From Octopus sinensis (lineage: Eukaryota): DNA of 12,701 nt. The stretch lies in contig NW_021826495.1 in the NCBI RefSeq assembly GCF_006345805.1, positions 1 to 12,701 of the forward strand. Reading direction: 5' to 3'. A program made the translations under genes and the position numbers. How positions within the stretch are numbered: position 1 is the first letter of the stretch; every line of letters starts with the position of its first letter. The notes below the pieces were generated by a model. It made no database searches and was not told the DNA's origin. It saw only the letters and a program-made list of their open reading frames with translations. Shown one piece after another: positions 1 through 7,405 of the stretch.

Positions 1-60
1 ATTTGACCAGCGGTGTACTGGCAACATCTTATAGCCTGGTCGGTCACGTGATCACGTGAT
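1..60 (+). mobile_element. Probable 3' tail of a SINE running in from the left edge, ending in an 8-bp tandem repeat (TCACGTGA)x2 followed by (AT)n
   Basis: GGTCACGTGATCACGTGAT at 42-60, then (AT)n. Assignment to a family-A tail variant is from recall of octopus repeats; no full copy is present in the window. Confidence 0.4.
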
Positions 61-323
61 ATATATATAAAGATAGAAAGGGGGAGGGACGGAGAGGGAG
101 GAAGACTTTAAATGTTTTCTCACATTTATTAAAGGCTTACAATTCTAAATCCATAATTAGCTTTGTCCTTCCTCTTTAGTAATGCTCGTTTTTACAAGAT
201 CAAAGATCGATAATATGGCTGTTAGTTACATAACCGTTAATCACAGGTATAAATCTAAAAATATAATCCCAGAGTAATTTCTTCAGATTCTTCTTGATAG
301 AAACGTTCAGGTTTTTCACGTTG

Positions 324-860
324 GTGGTGGCGCAATGGCCCAATGGTTAGGATCGCGGTTTCGATTACCAGATCGGGCGTTGTAAGTGTTTATTGATTGA
401 AAGCGCTTAAAGCTCCACGAGGCTCTGGCTGTACTCTTTAACCACAACTTTCTCTCACCCTTTCTTCCTGTTTCTGTTCTACTTGTTATTCAAAGGGCCA
501 ACCTTGTCACACTCTGTGTCATGCTGAATCTCCCCGAGAACTACGTTAAGAGTAAACGTGTCTTACTTCTTTATTGCCCACAAGGGGCTAAATATAGAGG
601 GGACAAACAAGGACAGACAAACGGATTAAGTCGATTACATCGACCCCCGTGCGTAACTGGTACTTAATTTGGTACTTTTAATTTATCAATCCCGATAGGA
701 TGAAAGGCAAAGTCGACCTCGGCTTTTTCTTTGAACTCAGAACGTAGCGGCGGACGAAATACCACAAAGCATTTCGCCGCCTTAAAGTTAGGAGTAAACG
801 TGTCTGTGGAGTGCTCAGCCACTTGCACCTTAATTTCACGAGCCGGGTGTTCCGTTGATT
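324..860 (+). mobile_element. tRNA-derived SINE, family A, 3'-truncated, split by an insertion (host parts 324-563 and 787-860)
   Basis: Collinear with the reverse complement of the intact copy at 10616-11004: A-box-like TGGCCCAATGG, B-box-like GGTTTCGATTACC, core GCTGTACTCTTT..ACCACAACTTTCTCTCAC, tail GAGAACTACGTTAAG...TGTGGAGT.CTCAGCCACTT. Two internal 22-nt deletions. Confidence 0.9.
564..786 (-). mobile_element. tRNA-derived SINE, family C, inserted in the family-A copy with a 19-bp target-site duplication
   Basis: Flanked by GTTAAGAGTAAACGTGTCT (545-563) and GTTAGGAGTAAACGTGTCT (787-805). Minus strand has B-box-like GAGTTCAAA, GTCGACTTTGCCTTTCATCC and an A-rich end GGCAATAAAGAAGTA. Homologous to 9550-9594 and 10017-10147. 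Confidence 0.88.
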
Positions 861-956
861 TTTGGGAAGAGAAAAAAGAAAGTAGGGTAGAAATTCCGTC
901 AAAAGGGATCGTGATAAAAGGGGAAGAAAGCCGATCATAGGGATCGTGTATCACAG

Positions 957-1035
<79 letters not shown>
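957..1035. repeat. (AGAT)n microsatellite, ~19-20 units
   Basis: Perfect tandem AGAT. Confidence 0.98.
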
Positions 1036-1217
1036 AACCCAAAATAATTAAACTAAATGAAAGACAGTCTGGTGAAGGCAAGCAAGTCGGAACTTCGAAG
1101 TTACTGTCAACCTTTTCTAGTAAATGTTAATATGTTCTCTACTAAAAAAATATTGAGTAATCCCTCAGTTTAATGTTATACTGCTTTTATATAAAACTTG
1201 ACATGAAACAAATATTA

Positions 1218-1404
1218 ATACATACACACATATACACACACACGCATACATACACACACGCACACATACACACACAAACACACATACACACACACATATA
1301 TATATATATTTGTGTGTAACATACAAATACGTGTGAACGCACATACATACATACACATTCACATACATGCATACACATGCACACACGTACATACATATGC
1401 ACAT
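1218..1404. repeat. Degenerate (CA)/(TA)/(CATA) low-complexity tract
   Basis: Read directly; source of the spurious V/C/M/Y and H/T ORFs. Confidence 0.95.
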
Positions 1405-1543
1405 GCGCCATTGTATGTGGTCAAATATATTGGAACAATGAGCAAAGAATGCTTTGTTGCCAGCCAGAAATATCTCCAAAACAAAAGGCTTATTGTGGAT
1501 TTAAAACTTGTTTGTACAGTACTAAGACATTCGCACAGGCATT

Positions 1544-1546
<3 letters not shown>

Positions 1547-1581
<35 letters not shown>

Positions 1582-1599
1582 GTGAGTGAGAGAGAGAGA
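1547..1599. repeat. (AG)n microsatellite with a (GAGT) interruption
   Basis: Read directly. Confidence 0.97.
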
Positions 1600-1706
1600 T
1601 TTGTTAATCCAAATGTGCATGAATCTATATCTGCATGTATCTATATCTGCATGTATCTATGTAAATATATGTATGCGTGTATGCGACTGTTAGTGCCAGA
1701 GGAAAC

Positions 1707-1757
1707 ATGTATGTATGTATGTATGTATGTATGTATGTATGTATGTATGTATGTATG
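1707..1757. repeat. (ATGT)n microsatellite
   Basis: Read directly. Confidence 0.97.
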
Positions 1758-1782
1758 ATGTGAGAGTGTATGTATGTATATA

Positions 1783-2148
1783 TACTTTTATTTTTCTTGT
1801 TTTACTGATTTGGCTGCGGTCATGCTAAAGCACCGTTTTGAAGGGGGTTTTTTTTTTGAGTCGAGGAAATCGACGCCAGGACTTATTCTTTATAAGCCTG
1901 GTATTTATTTCATCGGAGTCTTTTACTGAACCGCTAAGTTACAGGGACGTAAACAAACCAACATCAGTTGTCAAAAGATGGTAGGCACAAAGACACATAC
2001 GCATAAATATATATATTTTCGTTTACCAAGTCACAAGATTTTGACCGGCCCGAGGCTATAGTAGAACAAAATTGCCCAAGATGCCACGCAGTGGGACTCA
2101 ACCTAGAACCTTGTGGTTGGGAAGTAAGCTTCTTAACACACAGCCACA

Positions 2149-2150
<2 letters not shown>
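1783..2150 (-). mobile_element. tRNA-derived SINE, family B (central microsatellite type), near full length, diverged
   Basis: Collinear with 9595-10016 and 12160-12701: plus-strand motifs GACTTATTCTTT.TAAGCCT, GAACCGCTAAGTTAC.GGGACGTAAAC, GAGGCTATAGTAGAA, GCCACGCAGTGGGACT, CACACAGCCAC. Confidence 0.9.

Positions 2151-2151
<1 letters not shown>

Positions 2152-2204
<53 letters not shown>
2152..2204. repeat. (TG)n microsatellite, probably the (CA)n tail of the adjacent minus-strand SINE
   Basis: Perfect dinucleotide run abutting 2205. Confidence 0.95.
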
Positions 2205-2205
<1 letters not shown>

Positions 2206-2496
2206 CCTTCTCGAGCCATGCCTGGCTCATAAGGGCCGGTTTCCCGGTTTCCTTGACGTATAGGTTCCCCACCTGGACGGGACGCCGGTTCGTCGCAGGT
2301 GAGCTGCAAGATGCAGGAGGAAGGAGTGAGAGAAAATTGTGGCGAAAGAGTCAGCGGACGTTCGCCATTACCTTCTGCCGGAGCCACGTGGAGCTCAGGT
2401 GTTTCGCTCATAAACACACACATCGCTCGGTCTGAGATTCGAACCCGCGGTCCCTAGACCGCGAATCCGCTGCTCAAACCACTAGGCCATGTGCCT

Positions 2497-2500
<4 letters not shown>
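2205..2500 (-). mobile_element. tRNA-derived SINE, family A, diverged subfamily with type-2 tail
   Basis: Head and core match 10616-11004 and 11330-11653; tail motifs CCGGTTTCCCGGTTTC and CTGGACGGGACGCC are shared with 11330-11653. Confidence 0.88.

Positions 2501-2573
<73 letters not shown>
2499..2573. repeat. Compound (CA)n(AT)n microsatellite
   Basis: Read directly. Confidence 0.97.
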
Positions 2574-2574
<1 letters not shown>

Positions 2575-2930
2575 CGGGAAGCTTTATGAAAATAAACAAA
2601 AGACGAAGGTAGGTGGAGTAGAAACAAACAATTGTACTAGTATGGAGCTCAGGAATATAAATAAAACAAGTCTTTTACGTTTCGAGCCTACGCTCTTCAA
2701 CAGAAAGATACACAGAAAAGAAACACGGAGAGAAACAAGGAGAGAAAAAAATATGCGTGCAGAAGCTAGCGATTCAACATGGCGATCTGATTCCGGCCAG
2801 AAGTCAGAGATCAAACGTGAGACGCAAGAGCGAAAATAGGGGAGATAACAGGGTCAAATGACTTCGCCCCAACATAAGGGTGCGTGTGTGTGTGAGAGAG
2901 TATGTAGTGCGTATCAAAGGTCTAGACGTG
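2575..2930 (-). mobile_element. Penelope-like element 3' end / pseudo-LTR fragment
   Basis: Contains the minus-strand motif CTGTTGAAGAGCGTAGGCTCGAAACGTA, of the CTGANGAAG...CGAAACG type typical of PLE 3' ends. The minus strand is C/T-rich like the PLE RT sense strand at 7406-8040. Boundaries approximate. Confidence 0.6.
2671..2708 (-). ncRNA. Minimal type-I hammerhead ribozyme-like motif (core variant A6U plus one extra A)
   Basis: UCUUU-CUGUUGA-A-GAGC(GUAG)GCUC-GAAA-C-GUA^-AAAGA: stem I UCUUU/AAAGA, stem II GAGC/GCUC, palindromic ACGU stem III, predicted cleavage between 2676 and 2675. Confidence 0.65.
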
Positions 2931-2968
2931 TGTATGTATGTATGATGTGATGTGTAAATATATATATA

Positions 2969-3777
2969 CTAGACTACCCGTAACCCGCTGTTTTTCTTTT
3001 CCAGGTTATTTCACATGCTTTCAATGAATGTGACATCGAAATCACACGTAAACGGCCCCTTTCCCCCAGAAAAGGGAAGATTTAGCTGCTATTTCTTGCA
3101 CTCACTGCTACCACGTAACAGGTATTTCGGGTCCTTTATCGCAAATAGCTGTTACGTAGTAGCAAGGTGTGCTAGGGTTACGTTGAATGCACTCGAAAAA
3201 TACCTATTGAAAAAACTGTTTCACACTGAGGTTACGAACGGGTCTTTTACGAAATATTTACAGTATTTTTAAAGTCATTTTCACTCTAGAATATTTTTTA
3301 AATATGCCAAAAATTATTTTAATGGTATTCACTTGAAAATACTTTAAAAAGACATTAAAATATTGTCTGATTAAAGAAAGCTAAAATAAAAATACTTACT
3401 GTACAAGCAACTTACAGTTTTTAAATCACATTCACTTTAAAATATTTTTAAATAATTAAAATATTGTTTTTAACGAAAGCGAAAACAGAAAATCGTATTT
3501 TTTCGTTGCCAAATAGAAAGATAAAAGTTTCTTCTCTTCCAGGATGAAGATTATTTTCGGAACATTTTCCCATTATGCACCGTTTTGGGTATTTATACCC
3601 CCAAAAACTTCTAATATCTCGAAAACCACTTTATTGATTTACGCGTAACTTGTTTCATTCGTTCGTATTAACATTTCAGGGTAAATTTATTTCATAGTAT
3701 TTTCTCATTATGTGCCAGTTTGGTTGAGTAACATTGCAAGCAAGCGAGATTCAATCTGACTTTTAATAGTATATAGA
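2969..3777 (-). mobile_element. Probable non-autonomous Helitron-like element (809 bp)
   Basis: Minus strand starts A|TCTATATACTATTAAAAG (TC at 3777-3776) and ends CTAG|T (2972-2969), i.e. an A|T target with no TSD. AT-rich interior with internal repeats (ATTCACTT.AAAATA.TTT at ~3328 and ~3430). I could not find the expected 3' GC-rich hairpin. Confidence 0.55.
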
Positions 3778-3778
3778 T

Positions 3779-3999
3779 GTATGTATGTACTTGTGTATCT
3801 GTGTTTGCTCTCCTCCTACCATCACTTGACAACCGATATTAGTATGTTTACATCGCCGTAACTTAACGGTTCGGCAAAAGAGACCGATAGAATAGGTATT
3901 AGGCTTACAAAGATTAAGTCCTGGGTCGATTTATTTGACTAAAGCTGGTGCTCCAGCATGGCCGCAGTCAAATGACTGAAACAAGTAAAATAATAAAGG
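3779..3999 (+). mobile_element. SINE family B, 3' half only
   Basis: CTTGACAACCGAT...CGGTTCGGCAAAAGAGACCGATAGAATA...GGTGCTCCAGCATGGCCGCAGTCAAATGACTGAAACAAGTAAAA matches the reverse complement of 9595-9790. Confidence 0.9.
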
Positions 4000-4001
4000 A
4001 A

Positions 4002-4186
4002 TGAAAGAATATATACGCGTGTATCTGCATGTATTTATGTACGTATATGTATGTATGTACACTCAATCATTTGTGGCGATATCACATACACACACACACA
4101 AGCTCACACATAAAACACATATATACAAACACATACACATATACATATATGTATATATATGTATGTATAAACACAGACGCACACAC
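4002..4186. repeat. Degenerate (GTAT)/(CA)/(TA) tract containing one orphan minisatellite core (4062-4083)
   Basis: Read directly; CTCAATCATTTGTGGCGATATC matches the array unit at 4848-4869 at 20/22 positions. Confidence 0.85.
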
Positions 4187-4330
4187 ATTTTCTGTCTTCC
4201 AAGTTCGCTCACAACAATTTGATCGACCCAGTGCTATAACAGAAGACACTTTCCCAAGGTGCTGCGCTGAGGGACTGAACTCAGAACCATGTGGTCGCAA
4301 AGTGAGCCACATACCCACACACCCAAGTAC
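4187..4330 (-). mobile_element. SINE family B, 5' half, strongly diverged
   Basis: CAGAAGACACTTTCCCAAGGTGCTGCGC...GGGACTGAACTCAGAACCATGTGGT aligns to 9928-9985. Confidence 0.8.
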
Positions 4331-4698
4331 ATATATGTGTGTGCATGTGTGAGTATATTTTTAAATAGAAAGTAAAAAAAATGAGGAGAGTGATAAAGAA
4401 AGAGTGACACACATAGATAGATCGATAGAGAGACAGACATATACAAACATATACAAACACACATATACACACATATTCATACATTGACACATTTGTATAG
4501 AAGCCAAGAAATTGTGGGTGTTTCTAAAGAACGAATAACAAAAACCTGCTCGCCTCCTCCTCTCCTTCCTAAACAAATCGATCTGTGTAACAGTAAAGAG
4601 ATTTGAAAGAACACACGAAAAAAATATATTTTCGTTTAACTTTGCCGGAATTAAATTACAGACTCAGTCTCTTGTGGAGCACATTGCAAATGCACACA

Positions 4699-5280
4699 CA
4701 ATGACTTGTAAGCAGATCGCTTACAAACACACACACACACACACACACACCTATACACACACATACATATGTACACACATAATCACTTGTGGACACATCT
4801 CGCACACACAGAATCACTTATGGACGTATCATATACACACACACACACTCAATCATTTGTGGGTATATCGCCACATACACACTCACATGCTCAAACACGT
4901 GTGAGCTTATCATAGCCCCCCCCTACACACACTCAATTATTTGTAGACATATCACATACATGCGCACACACAATCACTTGTGAGCATATCACACACACAC
5001 ACGCGTACTCAATCATTTGTGAGCATATCACACACATACACACACACACAGTCATTTCTGGGTATAACACACACACGCAGTCATTTCTGGGTATAACACA
5101 CACACACACACGTACTCAATCATTTGTGAGCATATCCTGCACATACCCACGCGCAATCACTTCTAGGTATAACACACACATACTCAATCACTTGTGAGCA
5201 TATCCCTCACATACGCACACACACACACTCAATCAGTTGTTGGCATATCACACGCACACACACACACACACACACACAAA
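4699..5280. repeat. Minisatellite of 14 ~20-22-bp cores separated by variable (CA)n-rich spacers
   Basis: Cores start at about 4699, 4780, 4811, 4848, 4890, 4932, 4971, 5008, 5049, 5078, 5115, 5154, 5183 and 5228. Type A is CTCAATCAYTTGTGAGCATATC; type B is CAGTCATTTCTGGGTATAAC. Confidence 0.92.
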
Positions 5281-5511
5281 CAAGCGCAAAACATAATCAC
5301 GCAACTATAAGTTATCACACTCCAGTGTGCTAAAATGACATTCGAATTCCCCATATGGTTCCGACTAGATCCATATATACATCTGTATCTACAGATATGT
5401 ATACACTAACTCATATTTTAGAAATGGTCGGAATCATACAAAAATGCCTCATTACTTTCGTTAGTGTCTGGCGTGGACTCAGCAAAGTAAAGCTTAATTC
5501 ATAAAGATATA

Positions 5512-5643
5512 GGCGCAGGCGTGGCTGTGTGGTAAGAAGCTTGCTTCCCAACCACATGACTATGAGTTCAGTCCCACTGCTTGGCGCCTTGAACAGAAGT
5601 CTTCAACTGTAGCCTCGAGTCGACCGGATTTGGTGGACGGAAA
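5512..5643 (+). mobile_element. SINE family B, 5' part with Pol III A/B boxes, 3'-truncated
   Basis: GGCGCAGGCGTGGCTGTGTGGTAAGAAGCTTGCTTCCCAACCACATG...GAGTTCAGTCCCACTGC; ends at GGATTTGGTGGACGGAAA, before the central microsatellite. Confidence 0.9.
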
Positions 5644-6240
5644 ATTTTCCACATCTGCTCTTTTTTAATCTTACCTTGTGATATATATAATCATCTAGTA
5701 ACTACTGCCCCTCCTGTATAGATCAATAAGTTAGTGTCTCCTATATTTTTAGTATCTATCCTACTGATAACAGAATCTACTTTCCTGGTTATTTCTAGAA
5801 GCATCCTTCTGTCGGTGCCTTTTAATGCTGGTAATCTTTTTCTTACTTCTTTATTCATTACTTCCTGCAACTCATCGAAAATCTGATCTTTCTCACTTAA
5901 ATCACTTAAGCCGCTGGTGCCGGTTTTCCCTTCCGTATTGGTAGCGCTATTATTATTTCTTCCTTTAAGTTCTTCTTGGTTTGAGCTGTATCTCTTATGT
6001 TGTTCTTTGTCTTTGCTACTGCCTGGTCTTTCTTTTCCAGTTCTCTTGTGATCTTTTCTACCTCCACTTCTGTCATCCACTTTCTTCTGCTGATAGCATT
6101 AGCTTGATCTAGTCACTTTAAACATACCCTTCTCTAACCAAAGAGCTAACATCCGTTTTCTATAGCCCCTTTTGTTAGGTCCACTTTCTTAGTAGCACTG
6201 CATCACTGTCCTGTTTTCTTTGCTGGTTCACTGCCTCCTC
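5644..6240 (-). pseudogene. Frameshifted N-terminal ORF remnant of an R4/Dong(Rex6)-type non-LTR retrotransposon
   Basis: Manual translation across frames: KENRTVMQCY*ESGPNKRGYRKRMLALWLEKGMFKV (VMQCY 6206-6192, RGYRKRMLALW 6170-6138); DQANAISRRKWMTEVEVEKITRE (6109-6041); RKRLPALKG...IDTKNIGDTNLLIYTGGAVVTR*...KKEQMWK. These resemble R4/Dong N-terminal motifs as I recall them. Confidence 0.78.
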
Positions 6241-6296
6241 CATACTCTATTATCTGCTGATGCTGTATTAGGATAATAGGTGTGGTTAGTCTACAT

Positions 6297-6515
6297 CAGT
6301 GCTTTTCAACCGTTTTGCTGGATCGGAATCCCAAGGAAACATTCCACTGGCTCGAGGAACCCCTGTGCAATAATTTAATAGTCTTATGCACACATATCTG
6401 CACAGGAGACTTTAACATTACAGCCGATTTTAGCAGTTTTGTAACTTCTTGCGGAACCCCTGCACTGTACTGGCGAAACCCTAAGGTTCCGCGGAAACCT
6501 GGTTGAAAACCACTG
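6297..6515. mobile_element. hAT (Charlie-like) MITE, 219 bp
   Basis: 15-bp TIRs CAGTGCTTTTCAACC (6297-6311) and GGTTGAAAACCACTG (6501-6515), 1 mismatch. 8-bp flanks GTCTACAT and ATCTATAT fit a decayed TSD of the Charlie NTCTAGAN type. Subterminal GGAACCCC / GGTTCCGCGGAA motifs. Confidence 0.85.
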
Positions 6516-6630
6516 ATCTATATCTTTACCGAACCACTGCCGAATGAGAGGCCTTCCCTTAAAGGTCTAGCTTCATTTTCGCTGTAACAATCAGAGTTTC
6601 TTCGGAAACTCCTGCCTCTTATAAACTGAA

Positions 6631-6664
6631 GTAGGGTAGCTTTCGTCACGAACGTCATCACTAC
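6631..6664 (-). ncRNA. Degenerate minimal type-I hammerhead-like motif
   Basis: GUAG-UGAUGA-C-GUU(CGU)GAC-GAAA-G-CUA^-CCCUAC. Palindromic AGCU stem III; GUAG can pair with CUAC; C3 and part of stem I appear lost. Confidence 0.45.
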
Positions 6665-7040
6665 TATGATTTTTCGACATCTGATAGTTTCAAGCAACTT
6701 TCTATTACAACATTTGTTGTACCTTTGTACTGGTAGGGTGGTGTATGCTGCATTCTTTGGCGGGGAGGAATATTGTATTGTACCAGTATGTTTTGTTATG
6801 GGGTTTGGTTTGAATCTTCTGTTGTATCATTTCTTGTATTGTGTATTGTTTGTGCAGCGCAGGTTGTGTTCCGTCATGTATTGGCCTTCTATGGAACATG
6901 TGGGCTTTGTTCATTTTGTTGGGTATTTACGATATGAGTTTGTACCTGTATGTTTTTGGAGGAGTGCTGCATAGTAGCGTGTGAGCGTGTGTAAATCATA
7001 AATCAACTATTTCATAGTATTTATGGTTATCTGTCCACCG
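6665..7040 (-). pseudogene. Highly decayed C-terminal (GIY-YIG endonuclease region) remnant of a Penelope-like element
   Basis: Minus-strand fragments NHKYYEIV, TCSIEGQYMT, YKK*YNRRFK and RYNKCCNRKLLETI loosely resemble PLE motifs (HKYxKIFN, CPLxGxCLT, FKxRYNxHK, RCNLCxxEKLxII). Strong A/C sense-strand skew; hammerhead-like motif directly downstream. Confidence 0.4.
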
Positions 7041-7201
7041 TTCTTTCTCATTTGGTTGGTTTTGTTATAGATCCTGGGCCCATTTTTACAACGTTTACTT
7101 TTTCAATTCAACACCGCCCATGGACATGTGTTGATTTTTCTTTCGTAGTTAAAATTATTATTGATGTATCAGCGAGAGACCGAGAAGAAACAGTAATGAG
7201 C

Positions 7202-7207
7202 ATATAT

Positions 7208-7252
<45 letters not shown>

Positions 7253-7273
7253 GAGAGAGAAGAGAGAGAGAGA
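7202..7273. repeat. Compound (AT)n(AG)n microsatellite
   Basis: Read directly. Confidence 0.95.
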
Positions 7274-7405
7274 AGTCTTGTATAAATATGGATGTAAAAG
7301 TAATTAAAATTTAAAATTTAAAATTTGCAGTTTTCGTATAGAAATATTACATTGTTGACATTTTTTACGCACATGTTGCTGGGGCGATGCATCTGGGGAA
7401 GCTAT

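Noticed and set aside
1091-1102. Perfect 12-bp palindrome AACTTCGAAGTT
   Set aside because: An isolated short palindrome; one such is not surprising in 12.7 kb.
1404-1546. Cys-rich peptide CGQIYWNNEQRMLCCQPEISPKQKAYCG, vaguely galaxin-repeat-like
   Set aside because: A single imperfect unit with no plus-strand splice acceptor or donor, flanked by microsatellites; chance is likely. BLASTx would settle it.
3779-4330. Possible single family-B SINE rearranged by inversion or twin priming
   Set aside because: The orientation is convergent, not the twin-priming layout, and the 5' half looks clearly more diverged than the 3' half.
1165-4983. Numerous ORFs rich in V/C/M/Y or H/T/I
   Set aside because: They are translations of dinucleotide and tetranucleotide repeats or SINE bodies, with no domain content.
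4699-5280. CRISPR-like repeat-spacer appearance
   Set aside because: The spacers are (CA)n microsatellites rather than unique sequences, the cores are not palindromic, there are no cas genes, and the context is eukaryotic.
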